64,000 nt of DNA, taken from the NCBI RefSeq assembly GCF_004010195.1, contig NC_057726.1, positions 69,002,458-69,066,457 on the forward strand, in the 5' to 3' direction. A program made the position numbers and the translations under genes. Each line of letters opens with the position of its first letter. The stretch's first letter is position 1. The notes below the pieces were generated by a model. That model did no database searches and was not told the DNA's origin. It saw only the letters and a list, made by a program, of their open reading frames with translations. Of this stretch, positions 14,030 to 27,759 are shown piece after piece. Origin of the DNA: Chiloscyllium plagiosum (taxonomy: Eukaryota).

Positions 14030-14990
14030 AACACCTGGCCTCCACAGGCTTCTGTGGTAATGAAATCCACAGATTCACCACTCTCTGGCTAAAGACGTTT
14101 CTCCTTATATCCCTTCTAAAAGGTATCCCTTCACTCTAAGGCTGTGTCCTTGGGTCGTCATCTCTCTTTCCAATGGAAACATCTTCCCAACATCCAATCT
14201 GTCCAGACTGTTCAGCATGCTGAAAGCTTCAATCAGATTCCCCCTCATTCTTCTAAACTCCATCAAGCATAGTCCCAGGGTCCTCAGGTATTCCTCATAT
14301 GTATGTAAGTTAGCTCACTGAGTTGGAAACTGCTATTCCCCATGTGTTAAGTCTTTTATTCCTAGAACAATTCTCCTGAACTTTCTCCAGATCCACTCCA
14401 GGGCGAATACATCTTTCCTGAGGTATGGGGCCCAAAAGTGCTCACAAAAATCTAATTGTGGTTTGACCAGAGCTTTATAAGGCCTCAGAAGTATATTCCT
14501 GCTTTTATATTCTAATGCTGTCAAAGTGAATGACAACATTGTACTTGCCTTCCTAAGTACCGACTCAACCTGCAAGTGTACCTTAAGAGTATCCTGGACT
14601 ACAACTCCAAAGTCCCTTGCAGATTTCTGAATTTTTTTCCCTGTTTAGAAAATAGTCCGTGCCTCTAGTCATCTTACCAAAGTTTATTACCTCACACTTT
14701 CCCACGTTGTGTTTCATCTGCAACGTATTTGCCAACTCTCCTAAACTGTCTAAATCCTTCTGCCAGCTCCCCATCTCCTCAATGCTACCTGCCCCTCCAC
14801 CTATCTTTGTATCTTATGCAAACTTAGCTGTAATGCCCTCAGTTCCTTCATCCAGATCATTAATGCATAAAGTGAAAAGTTCTGTATTTAACACTGACCT
14901 TTGTGGAACATCACTGGTCACTGGCCTCCATCCTAGAAGGACCCTTTTTTCCCCACTCTCTGCTTTCAGTCAGATAGCCAAGCATCTACC
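14030..14990 (-). mobile_element. CR1 LINE ORF2 3' fragment
   Basis: ORFs 14333-14575 (YKALVKPQLDFCEHFWAPYLRKD) and 14583-14774 (QKDLDSLGELANTLQMKHNVGKCEVINFG). Confidence 0.85.
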
Positions 14991-15049
14991 CATGTCATTA
15001 CCTGGCCTCAAATACCATGGGCCTGAAACATGTCCATTTTTTAAAAAAT

Positions 15050-16035
15050 CCCGTGTAGAACATGGGCATGGCTGACTGGCCAGAATTGTATTGCTCATCA
15101 CCAGGTGTTCTTGAGCTTCCTTTTGGATTCTTCCAGCCAGCATGTTTTTGTTTGACCCACAATGCTCTGAGAGAGGGAATTCCAGGATTTTGACCCAGTA
15201 ATACCGAAGAAACAGTGATATATTTCTGGTCAGGATGGTGCATGGTTTGGAGGAGAATTTGTAGGTGGTGTTGTTCCCATGTATCGAATGCCCTCGCCCC
15301 TCTAGATGGAACTGGTCATAAGTTTGGCGTGTGCTGTGTCAGGTTCTTTGGTGAATTTCTGCAGTGCATCGCATAGATAGTACACACTGCTACTCCTGAG
15401 CATTGGTGGAAGAGCATTTGAATGCATGTAGATGTTGTGTCATTTGAGTAGACTGCTTTGTAATGGATGCTGTCAAGCCTCTTGAGTATTGTTGGAGCTG
15501 CATGCATCCTGGCAGGTGGAGAGTATTCAATCACATTGCTGAGTTATGCCTTGTAGATATGGATAGGCTTTGGGGAGTCAGGAGGTGAGTTACTCACTGC
15601 AGTTTTCCTAGTTTCTGAACTGCTCTTGGAGCCATTGTGTCAAGTCTAGTTGAATTCTGATCAAGGGTAACCTTAGTTTTCCTAGCCTCTGAAATGCTCT
15701 CATAGTCATTGAATTTACGTGTCAAGTCCTGTTGAATTCTAGTCAAGGATAACCACCAGGATGATCATAGTAGTGGATTCAGTAATGGTCACACCATTCA
15801 CTGTCAAGGGGTTGTGGTTGTGTTGTCTCTTATTGGCGATGGTTATTGCTTGGCATTGTGTGGTGTGAATGTTACTTTCCACATGTCAGTCCAAGCCTGG
15901 ATCTTATCCAGACTTTGTTGCAGTTGAACATGGACAACTTTGGCATCTTAGGAATCATGAATGGTGCTGAACGTTGTGCAATCATCAGCAAATATCCCCA
16001 CTTCTGATCTTATGATAGAGGGAAGGTCATTCATG
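15050..16035 (-). mobile_element. L2/CR1-group LINE 3' fragment
   Basis: FMNDLPSIIRSEVGIFADDCTTFSTI (RT catalytic FADD motif) in ORF 15948-16238; ORF 15316-15534. Confidence 0.8.
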
Positions 16036-17315
16036 AAGAGATCCCAGCATGGCATCAGATGGAGGAAGACTAAAAATTTGCAACCCCTGAAGCCAGTGAG
16101 TTTCCATTCTGACCTTATACGGTGGACACTGCCATCATAGTTCCATCCTTCAGGAACTTGGCACATGCTACTTGATGCCAAGAAATCACTGAAGTTATTG
16201 ACTGCTGTCAATGATAATGGCACGGAAGCCATTTCCAATCAGGGGACTGAACATGTCTGTTGCAGAACTCACAGGTGAGGAAGGCAAACCTTTCTTCTGC
16301 CACAGCATTTCCAATGGAAAATTAGCAACTTACTAATCTCTTCTCAACCATAGGGAAAAAAAACTGAGGGAAGATTCAGTCGATGTAACTCAGACTTCAA
16401 TAGTGTGATCAGTAATATTTAGTTTGGGATGCACAGGTGACCATTGCAGTTTCGACTTTGCTGCATTTATGGCCCCAGCACAGACAAAATTATATGCAAG
16501 ATTTAAGACTGACTTCCCTTGACATCAAGGCAGCAATTAGACATCAAGGAATCCTAGATGATTTGAGTTCAATGAATAACAGGTGGACATTTCACTTAGT
16601 GCTTGCATTTATACTTCAGGACTAAGGAATATAGTTAAAGATGTTACAGATCAATTATATAAATCCCAAGTTATCACTGCAGAAATGTTTCAAAGGAGTA
16701 TTCTAAACCAAATAACTTTTAGCTCTTTCTTCAATGATCTTCACTCTGTCTGAAAGTCAGAAGTGGGATTTTCATTAATAATCTCACAAAGATCAATATC
16801 ATTCATTACTTTTGAAACACTGAAGTGTTCTCTGTTCTCACAAATAAATGGCTGGAAGTTGTTTGATTTTTAAGTGATAGCGGTCAGGCAGCATGACTTT
16901 CAGAAAAGTACAAGACAATGGCAATCTCCGATAAAAAATATACAAACAGTCTCCAATAAATTGTTGAACATTATTACGACTATTGAATTCTCAAGTGAGC
17001 ACACCAAGGTTACCAGTGCATGGAAGTTGACCTGTAATGTACAAACCTTGGCTAAAAGAAAACAGTTAGAAGGTAAGAACTTTGCAATGTCTATGTTACC
17101 TCATAACTTTTCTTTGCTAAGTTGGAGATATTTGAGTGTTTCACTGAGCCTGAGACTAATACCATCAGCAGTTCTCAACTCATAGTAAGGTCAGAGGGGA
17201 GGAAACAGACAAAATACAACCAAAAACTAGTCCTCAACCGTGAATCAGGTGATAATATTCATGTAATATCTCTGGCTGCAGTGGCAGACATCAACTGCGG
17301 TAGTTAGGAGATCCC

Positions 17316-17316
17316 C

Positions 17317-17356
<40 letters not shown>

Positions 17357-17378
17357 TCACACACACACACACTCACAC
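17316..17378. repeat. Compound (CT)n(CA)n microsatellite
   Basis: Directly visible. Confidence 0.9.
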
Positions 17379-17499
17379 AATCAACATAAGCGCGCGGTGA
17401 TTGGCAAGAAGTGACCGGCAAAGGATTTTGAATCTTGGAAATATTGCGCTTCAGACCGGCACAAAGGCTGTAGAGATTCTCTCTTGTAACACAAACAAG

Positions 17500-18660
17500 C
17501 TAGCATTTTGGCAGGTTCCTTCCTAACTGAGCTGCCCTCTTGAAGATCCATTCTGCTCATCCTGCATGTGGAAGGGATAGAGAAGTTACCCTAAAAATAG
17601 TCTGTTCGATCACCATCCTAGCTGCAAAACCACATCCAGCACACTCATCAATCTGTGGCCTGAAAATCAAAATCAAATTCAAAATCAGAACCAGGAATTT
17701 GCAAACCCTCATGGAGAACAAGCAAAACAACTGTTTAGTCTCACTCTCTCTGAAAAGAATCTTCAAGTTTTTCTTCAAGTCTTCACAGAAGCATACTGTC
17801 GAATTGGTCTCAGCCTCAACTTCAAGAAGACTTAAATCCTTACTAACTCATTCTAAGGCAAGTTCTGGTCCATCCCTCCATTAATATCAATGAGGAAATC
17901 CTCCCAAATATGAATAATTTCCACCACTGGGGTATCTCCCTGTCATCTAAGGTTGACATTGATGCAGAGGTCAAAAGCCACCTTCAATATGCAAGTGTTG
18001 CCTTGAGATGTCGAATGATGAAATTTTTTGACAATCATAACAGCAAAGATCCTTATGTAGAAGACAGTTATCCTGTCACTCTTCTATTTGGATCCAAAAT
18101 TTGAACTATGTAGTGACGCGATCTCAAGATCCTTGAGAAGAGCCATCAATGCTTTTTCCAAATGATTCTTTGCATCATCTGGGAGGACAGACATATTAAG
18201 GTCAGCATTCTTGAAACAACCAATGGAAGCAGTGTCAAGGCCATGATCATCCGAAACAAACTTCGCTGGGCTGGCCAAATGCTTAGGATGCCGGAGTTCC
18301 AACTGTAGATGCAAATCTTCTTCACCTCAATCAAGTAATGCACCTGAACAAGAGAAGGACAAAGGAAGCATTTTAATGACTCCCTGGTGACTTCCCTCAA
18401 GAAATGTTCCATAGATGTTGATGTGTGGGAAAGCCTCATTCAGAAGAAACCAACGTGAAGGAAGATCCTGTGTGAAGGGACACAATATTTTGAGACCACC
18501 TGTCGGCAAGAGCAAGTATGGAAAAGGAACCGAGAAAGGAATGCCAATGATAACAAAGTCAGGGACAAATTCCATCTCCCGGAAACACACCTGCCGATTA
18601 TGTGTTCAGAGATGTGGCTTTTGGAATGGGTTCATTGGCCATGTGAGGACCCAACAGGAC
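17500..18660 (+). mobile_element. Degenerate RTE (BovB-like) LINE 3' part
   Basis: Frameshifted peptides INEEILPNMNNFHHWGISLSSKVDIDAEVKSHLQYAS, NKLRWAGQMLRM and GQRKHFNDSL match RTE ORF2 C-terminal motifs. Confidence 0.7.
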
Positions 18661-20869
18661 CCAGTAATGTGGAATTTCCTAGGCAGACAATCATTGACAT
18701 TAAAAAGTGATTACTGATAATCTTCTAACTCATCCAATGTCAACTCAGATAAAAAATTCTCCACACTGTTCCAAAAACCTCAACACCATCCAGGAAAAAT
18801 ATCATCTTAAGGTTTCATAAAAAAAGGTTGCATCTCAGCTCAAACAATATATTAATGGTGTGAGGTTAGAGTCTGTCAGTGTCCCAATCTTGTGTAAGCC
18901 TGTTTCTATTTCCAAAGTAGGAATATATAAAATGTCACATGCATTGACTGCCTGCAAACTAGAATGTATCTGCAATTACAATTCTGCAAATGCACATTTA
19001 CCCCATAGACTTATATGTGTTTGTGCATGCATATAAGAGAGAGATAGAGTATGCGTGTGTGTGAGTGAGTGTGTGTGTGAGAGATATGAATATGTGAGGT
19101 ATGAAGGGGACATAAATTTAACGTGAAGGGTGGAAGGTATAGGGGAGATGTCAGGGGTGGGTTCTTTACCCAGAGAGTGGTGGGGGCATGGAATGCGCTG
19201 CCTGTGGGAGTGGTAGAGTCAGAATCTTTGGTGACCTTTAAGCGGCAATTGGATAGGTACATGGATGGGTGCTTAAGCTAGGACAAATGTTCAGCACAAC
19301 ATCGTGGGCCGAAGGGCCTGTTCTGTGCTGTATTGTTCTATGTTCTATGTTCTATTAGGTGTGAGTGTGAGTGCATGTGAGGGTATGAGTTTGTATGTCT
19401 CTGTTCTCTTATGTCTCTCAATTTGGTATTTCCCTGCATGACAATTTTAACTAATTAATACCTTGGTGTCGATCTGGCATTAAAAATCTCAAACTATCTA
19501 AAGATCACTACTGAAAGTGTAATTTGAACTTTGGAACAGGTGTAGGATATTCAAGCCTGTTCCACCATTCAGTGAGATCATGGTCAATCGGTGGCTGAAC
19601 TCCACATAGGTGCCTTTGGCCTGTATCCCTGAATAAATTTGCTCAACAAAAATGTTTAGAATTCAAATGTGCATTTAACAACTAATCCAACATCCAATGC
19701 TGTTTATGGAAAACAGTTTCAAGCATCTCCCACTCTTTGCTTCAGAAGCTCTTCCTAATATCTCACTTGAATTGCCTGGCTCTAATTTTTAGATTATGCC
19801 CTTAGTTTTATAATCCTTAAAGAATTTCCATTGGTTATCTTTTCCAACATGTCTTTTCCTGCTAATATCTTGTAGAATTCAAACACATCACTCCTTAACC
19901 TTCTAAATTCCAATGAAAGCTGGCATAATTTATATAATCTCTCCTCGTAACTTAACCTAAAGTCCAGTATCATTCTTCCACCTATTTTTAACCCCCTCCA
20001 AGGCCAGTATATCCTTCCCAATATGTGGGAAGGGCTTCAAATGGGGTTGAACCCAGGTTTTATAAAGCTACATAGTAATTAAATATTATGCTACAAGTCT
20101 TTGTTAAAAAGCTCATCATTCTTCAGAACCTGTATAGTTAAACTTTATGTTTCTTTCTCTCTGTCTCAAAACAAACAATTATTTAATTATTACAATATGA
20201 TTTAATTTGCATTCAGCAATGTGAACATTCAGCCGTGCGAGTTTGTAACAGTGATGACCTTTCGATTATGTTTGCTCTGCCAGAAATTTCAAGTTCTTAT
20301 GAAGTATTGCACAACTTATAAACATATTATGAAGGAGGAAGTGGTTTATTTCCACCTCCACCGACTTATATCATTGCTCCAAAAGTAGCACTGTGGTTCA
20401 ATGGAAACATCTGACATTGCTATTTCACAACATGTGATGGAACGCTAATAATGACCTACTTGCACCTTTTTGTTTGTGAACTTATTGCTAATTTGAACAT
20501 TGTTTCCACCATCCTTTAAGTCATGAACAGTTCATTACTGGGAAAAGCTTCATCATGCCATATGATTATTCAGATGCTCATCTCCATTTTATTATCTCAT
20601 TAACTTGTGTTTTATTTTCAAACACTTCATATTCAGTTTTAAGTAAGTTTGTAAATTCTTTTGGTATATAATGAAATGTCCAATCATAACATTTATGCAT
20701 ATTACAGACCATGCAATTACTGTTAGCGTCCATATTAAAGATATAAATTGTTAATAACTGGTTTTGAACCACATTTGAAATAATTATCCAGAACAGTTGA
20801 ACAGAATAGTGACTCGTCTGGTATTCAAGTATCAGTTATTAAAATAGTAGAAACACAAAAGGAAGGAAC

Positions 20870-22340
20870 GGGGTTAGACAATTTGACCCTTAGAACCTGC
20901 TCACCTTTCAATATGTGCATAATTGATCATTCAAATTAGTACCCTGTTCCTGCTTTCTGTCGATACCCTTTCATTCCCATAGCACAATAAACTATATCTA
21001 ACTCCTTCTTGAAAAGATTGAATTGTTTGGCCTCAACTGCTTCCTTTGGCAGAGAATTCCACACTCTCACCCCTCTCTTGGTGATGAAATTTCTTCGCAA
21101 CTCAGGCCTCAAAGACAGAGTCTACATTCCAAGACCGTGACTCCTGGTTCTGGAGCCGAGGTCATTGGGAACATGCTTTTTGCACTTCTCCTGTCTAATC
21201 TTGATAGAATTTTGGTTTCTCTGAGATTACCCCTCATTCTTCGAAACTTCAGTCAATGTAATCTAGCCAAACCAGCCTCTCTTCACACATCAGTCCCACC
21301 TCCACAGGAATCAGTTTGGTTAACCTTCACTGCACTCCCTCAGAAAAGGAGACCAAAACTGCACACAATCCCCCAGGGTGTGGTCTCATTGAGGACCTAT
21401 AAGATGCAGCAAAATATCACTGCCCCTGCACTCAAACCCTCTCATTATGAAGGCCAACATACCATTTGCCTTCTTCACCAACTATATGCTTAATTTCAAA
21501 GACTGTTGTACAAGACAGAGACCTTGTTGTAGTTCCCCCTTTCTAAATCTATAAGCTTTCAGACAATAATCTCCTTCCTGTCTTTGCGGCCAAAGTGGAT
21601 AGCCTCACAATTTTCCATATTACATTTTATCTGCAATGCATTTGCCCACTCACACAGCCTATGCAAATCACTCTAAAGCATCCTGCATCTTGTCCCCAGT
21701 TAACACTCAGACCCAGCTTTGTATCAACTGCAAATTTGGAGAAAGTATATTGAAGTCTGTCATCTAAATCATTAACATTTATTGTGAATAGTTGGAGTCC
21801 AAGTACTTATCTATGCAGTATCCCACTTCAGAAGAATCAGAATCAGAATCCTGACAGTGTGGAAACAGGCCCTTCAGCCCAACATGTCCACACCGACCCT
21901 CCAAGCAGTAACCCACCCAGACCCATTTCCCTACCCTATATTTACCCCTGACTAACGCACCTAATCTACATATCCCTGAACACTATGGTCAATTTTAGCA
22001 TGGCCAATTCACGTAACCTGCACATCTTTGGACTGTGGGAGGAAACCGGAACACCTGGAGGAAACTCACGCACACACGGGGAGAATGTGCAAACTCCACA
22101 CAGACAGTCGCCCGAGGCTGGAATCAAACCCAGGTCCTGGGACTATGAGGCAGCATTGCTAACCACTGTGCCACCGTGCCACCCCACTTCTGAGTTTGCC
22201 ACTCAGAAAAAGACCCGTTTATTTCCTAACTTTTGTTTCCGGCCTGCCAATCAGATTTCTATCAATGTTAGTAAACTACATCCAGTCAAAAGCACTTTTA
22301 TTTTACAGGCTAATCTCTTATGTATTTTGTTGTTATACAG
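20870..22340 (-). mobile_element. CR1 LINE 3' fragment with a nested SINE
   Basis: Reverse complement of the CR1 3' RT/tail sequence seen in other copies in the window. Confidence 0.7.
21841..22183 (-). mobile_element. tRNA-derived V-SINE (shark HE1-type)
   Basis: Minus strand reads ggtggcacggtggcacagtggttagca (A box), then gtctgtgtggagtttgcacattctccccgtgtg (V-domain core), then a CR1-type tail. Confidence 0.85.
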
Positions 22341-23024
22341 CAAGGTATCCACAACCTAGACTGACCACTACTTATAGGGATGACAAGAAACCTGGCTCTG
22401 TATGTGCTCTAATCAAAGCATCCAAGGTCATTGGCAAAGAACTGTAAAATGGGATTAGAACAGTTAGGCGCTTATTTATAACTAGCATTTGATTGGCCAA
22501 AAGGCCTTTTTCTGTAATGTAGACGTCAATGCGTATGGGACTCAACCATAAGTCAGTATCGCAAGGTGACGAGCCTTTACGCTCTGGCTCAAGTGCCAAT
22601 GCACTGAAAGATAAGGTACAGCAAGGCACATAAAGGCATGTAAAGGTAAAGTAAGGCAAGTATGGCATGGCAGGGATGTGGAGCAATCAGTCAGTGCACT
22701 CATTCCTGGAAATATTGAGGAAAGGCTAAACAAGCTAGGCCTCTACCCTCTGGAGTTTAGAAGAGATGGAGGTGACTGAATTGAAACATATAAGATTGTG
22801 AGGGGACTTGACCAGGTGGATATCGAAAGAATGATTCCTCTTTGTGGGAGAATCTAGAACTAGGGATCAGTCTTTAAAAATAAAGGATTATGGATTTAAG
22901 GCAGAGCTGAGGAAACGTTTTTTGTCTTTTACAGGTTTGCGAGTAATTGGAATTCCTTTCTGCCTTTCTGGAGGTCATGGCGCAGAAACTTTAAATATTT
23001 CTGAAGGCAGATATAGATAGATTC

Positions 23025-23215
23025 TGGATGTGGGTTTGCTCGCTGAGCTGCAAGGTTCGTTTCCAGATGTTTCGTTACTCTACGAGGTAACATCTTCAGT
23101 GTGCCTCAGGCGAAGCAATTCTATTTACATGTTTGGGTTTCTTTGGATCGGTGGTGTCATTTTCTGTGGTGAGGTTATTTTCTGTGGTGAAATCACTTCC
23201 TGTTCCTTTTCTCAG
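23025..23215 (-). mobile_element. Penelope element terminus with a minimal hammerhead-ribozyme-like motif
   Basis: Minus strand at ~23062-23101: CTGAAGA-T-GTTAC-ctcgtaga-GTAAC-GAAAC-ATC. Confidence 0.6.
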
Positions 23216-23269
23216 GGATTCTTGTTAGATTCTTGATTACCAAAGTTAAGGTTATCATAGATATACAGG

Positions 23270-23428
23270 NNNNNNNNNNNNNNNNNNNNNNNNNNNNNNN
23301 NNNNNNNNNNNNNNNNNNNNNNNNNNNNNNNNNNNNNNNNNNNNNNNNNNNNNNNNNNNNNNNNNNNNNNNNNNNNNNNNNNNNNNNNNNNNNNNNNNNN
23401 NNNNNNNNNNNNNNNNNNNNNNNNNNNN
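23270..23428. other. Assembly gap (159 N)
   Basis: Run of N. Confidence 1.
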
Positions 23429-24769
23429 ATTGTTACTTGTGTTTGTGAAAATACAGTAAATATGTATTCATCACTATAATAACAGCACTATTTAGTTATA
23501 TAAATAATATATAAAAATTAGAAATAAAGTTAAGACAAAGTTAAGTTCATTCCATGGCCTCTGGATTTCACTGCCAAAGACTGGGGCCTGCCCAACAGCA
23601 GAGGATGGAGGGCTGCTGTAACTGCTAAGGACGAAAAATCAGTTCAGCTTGAAGCAGCCTTGAAGGATTGAGTGGCCAACCTTGTTCTATGTTTGTACGT
23701 TAGATGTGGCACCTTATCAAAACTTTCTGAAAATTTCAAATAAATCACATCTGCTGGGTTCTCCTCATTAACTGTACTATATATATCCTCAAAACAAACC
23801 AGTAGATTTGCAAAGCATAAACCTTTCATAAATCCTTTCTGATTCTCTCTGACGCTTTCACTGTTTTCCAAGTACTGTGCTTTTAAATCGTTTGTAATGG
23901 ACTCTAACATTTTCCTACTAATGGTATAAGTGTGATAATTTCACAGATCATAATTTCCTATAATGTTATTTCTTAAAAACCAACATTTTCCCAGCTGCCA
24001 TCAGTTCTGAGGAAGGGACACTGGACCTCAAATGTTAACTCTGATTTCTCTCCACAGATCCTGCCAGACCTGCTGAGCTTTGACAACAATTTCTGTTTCT
24101 GTTGTTGTGGTTGTATGTAGCTTCCATCTCTTTAAATTCCTTTTTTTTAAAATTGTGGGATATATTGCTGCTCGCCAATTCCTAGAAAGTGTTCCAGGAT
24201 CCATAAAATCTTGAAGAAATGATCCCCAATGCATCTACTGTTTCAAGGGCCACTTCCTTAAATAATCTGGGTTGTAGATGGTTGACCATTTGGGATCTAT
24301 CATCCTTAAATCTCATTCAGTTCCCCAGAACTATTTCCCTACTAATGCTTATTTCCTTCAGTCTATTTGTCTCATTAGGCCTGTCTTCCCAACTTTATTG
24401 AGACCTTATTCGTGTTCTGCTTTGTGAGGACAGAACCAAACTGTGTATTTAATTGGACTGACATTTCTTTGTTCCCCAAAATGACTTTCTCTGTTTCTGA
24501 CTGTGAGTGACTTAAATTTGAGTGAGCTACTTTTTCTTTCCTCTTCACATAACTCTAGAAACTTTTACAATCATTTAGCATGTGCCATGCGTGCTTACTC
24601 TCCAATTCTACTTCCCACTCATGGTCAATCCCTTTGTCCTCCTTTGCTGAAATCTAAAATTTTTCCAGTCCTCAAGTCAGCTAGTTTTTTTGTTTAATTT
24701 GTATGCCCTTTATCTGATTATAATATTACCCCTAATTTTCCTTTACAATATATATTAAATTTGAAGGAA

Positions 24770-25710
24770 CAAAATGTAACGTCTCAAAGCTTGCAGATGA
24801 TACTAAGTTTGGTGACAGGATGAATTATGATGAGGATGCAGAGATCTTTCAGTATGATCTGGAAAAATTGGGTGAGTGGGCAAATCAATGGCAGAAGCAG
24901 TATAATTTGTATTAATATAAAGTTGTTCACTTTGGAACCAAAAACAATGTGGCAGACTACTATCTGAGTGTTTGTAAATTGGGAGGGGGAGTGTGCAATG
25001 GAACCTGGGTGTCCTTGTGCACAAGTTGCAGAAGTAAGCATGGAGGTACAACTGGCGGTACAGAAATGCAAATCTTATGTTTGTCTTCATTGCAAAACGT
25101 TTCACGTACACGAGCAAGGATATGTTGTTGCAGTTATACAGGGCCTTGGTGAGGCCACACCTGGAATATTGTCTGCAGTTTTGGTCTCCTTTTCTGTGAA
25201 AGGAAACTCTTGCTCTTGAGGGCGAGTTGTGAAGTTTATCCAGTTGATTCCAATGACGTCGAGACCGACGTATGGGGAGAGATTGACCAGGTTAGGATTG
25301 TTTTCACCGAAGTTCAGATGAGTGAGGAGGGATCTCACAGAGACTTATAAAATTTTAACAGGACTAGACAGGGTAGATGCATGGAGATGTTCCCGATGGT
25401 GGGTGTGTTCAGAGGTCACAGTCTGAGGATTCAGAGTGGACCATTTAGGATGGACATAAAGAGACATTTCTTCACCAAAGAGTGGTGACCCTGTGGAATT
25501 CATTACTGCAGGAAGTAGTTGATGACAAAGCATTGAATGCATTCAAAATGTGGCTAGATATAACATGTGGGGCGAGTAGGATCAAAAATTATGAGGAGAA
25601 AGCAGAATTAGGCTATTGAGTTTTACAATCAGCCGTGATTGGGATGAAAGGCAGAGCAGGCTTGAAGGGCCAAATGGCCTCCTCCAGCTCCTATCTTCTA
25701 TGTTTCTGTG
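24770..25710 (+). mobile_element. CR1 LINE 3' fragment with 3' end
   Basis: LADDTK RT motif at ~24790; tail ending in the ctatgtttctgtgtttctg repeat. Confidence 0.8.
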
Positions 25711-25897
25711 TTTCTGTTTCTGAGCAATGGTTAGGCCCTAGTTCCTGTTTTACTTTCCTGCCACACTTAAATACAACACTGCAGAAATATTTACTACTAA
25801 TACCAGCAAGCATGTATGTGACAGTACTGCTGTATTTGAGCATCAGAAAAGATCATTTGAGTTCAATACGTTTACAAAGTAAGTTGGAGCATCATTT

Positions 25898-26245
25898 GGG
25901 GTGGCACGGTGGCCTCAGTGGTTAGCACTGTTGCTTCACTGTACCAGGAACCCAGGTTTGCTTCCAGCCTCAGGCGACTGTCTGTGTGGAGTTTGCACAT
26001 TCTCCCCATCTCTGCGTAGGTTTCCTCTGGGTGCACTCGTTTCCTTTCACAATCCAAAAGATGTGCAGTAAGGTGGATTGACGATGCTAAATTGCCCACA
26101 CTGTTCATGGATGTGTAGGTTAGGTGCATTAGTCAGGAGAAAATGCAGAGTAATCAGGTCGGAGAATGGGTCTGGGTGGGATACTCTTCAGAATGTCAGT
26201 GTGGTCGTTTTGGGTCGAATCGCCTGTTTCCACACTGTAGGAACT
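25898..26245 (+). mobile_element. V-SINE (HE1-type)
   Basis: gggtggcacggtggcctcagtggttagcac...gtctgtgtggagtttgcacattctcccc...gcctgtttccacactgtag. Confidence 0.85.
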
Positions 26246-26414
26246 ATTTCTTTGGGTCATTCTTTGTACTGACCCATCCAGAAGTCATGCTATAAAGTGC
26301 TTTTCTCCAAGTTATGTTTGTATACAGAAAATTTAAAAAATATAAAAAAGGTATTACGTACTATAAATACAATTTTCATTGACTGTTTTCATGGAAGTGG
26401 AATTTAACTTTTTA

Positions 26415-27233
26415 GATTAGATTAGATTACTTGCAGTATGGAAACAGGCCCTTCAGCCCAACAAGTCCACATCAACTCGCCGAAGCGCAACCCACGCAGA
26501 CCAATTCCCCTACGTTTATCCCTTCACCTAACACTACGGGCAATTTAGCATGGCCAATTCACCTAACCTGCACATATTTGGACTGTGGGAGGAATACGGT
26601 AAGTCAAAATTATTCTTTTGACCACAGAGAAAGGAATGTTCAGAAATGTGACAGCATTTCATAAAGTGCATAAAGAAAATTGGTTCCACCGGCAAGGGCA
26701 ACAGCCATAAGAAGGTACAATATAGTAAACCAAAGAATTACAAAATCAAAGAATGCCCTCAGCATAGCAATAATTCAATTAGCCTTCCATCCCCGCATTG
26801 ACACTCTGGAGGAGAAATCAAGTAACGTTTTTCAGTTTCACCTGAGTGCTGCAACTTTTTGTGCTCAACAGAAAATAATCCAACTCCATTTTACATTCAT
26901 ACGTTTCCCTTCTCTGCAAACATATACACTATCTTAGATTACTTACAGTGTGGAAACAGGCCTTTCAGCCCAACAAGTCCACACCAACCCGCTGAAGCGC
27001 AACCCACCCAGACCCATTCCCCTACAATTACTCCTTTACCTAACACTATAGCCAACTCACCTAACGTACACATTTTAGGACTGTGAGAGGAAACCAGAGC
27101 ACGCGGAGAAGACCCACACAGACACGCGGAGAATGTGCAAATGCCACACAGTCACTCGCCTGAGGCAGGAATTGAACCCGGACCTCTGGCACTGTGAGGC
27201 AGCAGTGCTAACCACTTTGCCATCGTGCTGCCC
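26415..27233 (-). mobile_element. Two V-SINE copies (partial 26415-26595; near full length 26934-27233)
   Basis: Same SINE sequence, with a (TTAGA)n tail on the first copy. Confidence 0.8.
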
Positions 27234-27759
27234 ATCGCAACGCCAGTTGATGAAGAATCAGAGACTTTATCTCATAAGAAGTATATTGGTATTCTGGTGA
27301 AAGCTTAATTCATATATATGTCTTAGCATCTGTCTGCACCATGTAGGCCCATTCTACAATCACACTGTGCCTTCATCCATTTTTTAAAATTATTGTCGAA
27401 TTGACTGCACCTGACATTCTCACACGTATTTATTTATATTCATCATTCAATCGTAAATTCCCAGGCGAGGCCAGCATTTATGGCCTCCCCAAATGAGCAT
27501 GAGAAGTTAATGTTGAGGAGAATTCCTGAACTACTAAAGTTCACATGGTGCAAGTAAAATCAGTATTTTGTTCAGTAATTAGTTTTAGGACTTTCAATGC
27601 AGAGACAGGGCTGTTTGAGCTGCCAACTTCCAATTAAACATGCTGTGAAAGTTGGAGCTGAACGTACAGGAGATACTGTTCCCAGGTGCCTGCTGTCCTT
27701 ATTATTCAAATTGGGAGAGGTTTTATATTTAGGAAGTTCCATCATGGGAGAGCAAAGAA

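Noticed and set aside
15601-15755. ~70-bp imperfect tandem duplication
   Set aside because: Old duplication inside a decayed LINE with no sign of function.
23233-23448. ORF spanning the N run
   Set aside because: Artefact of the assembly gap.
25898-25975. tRNA-like A/B boxes here and in other copies
   Set aside because: These are SINE heads, not tRNA genes; they continue into the V-SINE core and LINE tail.
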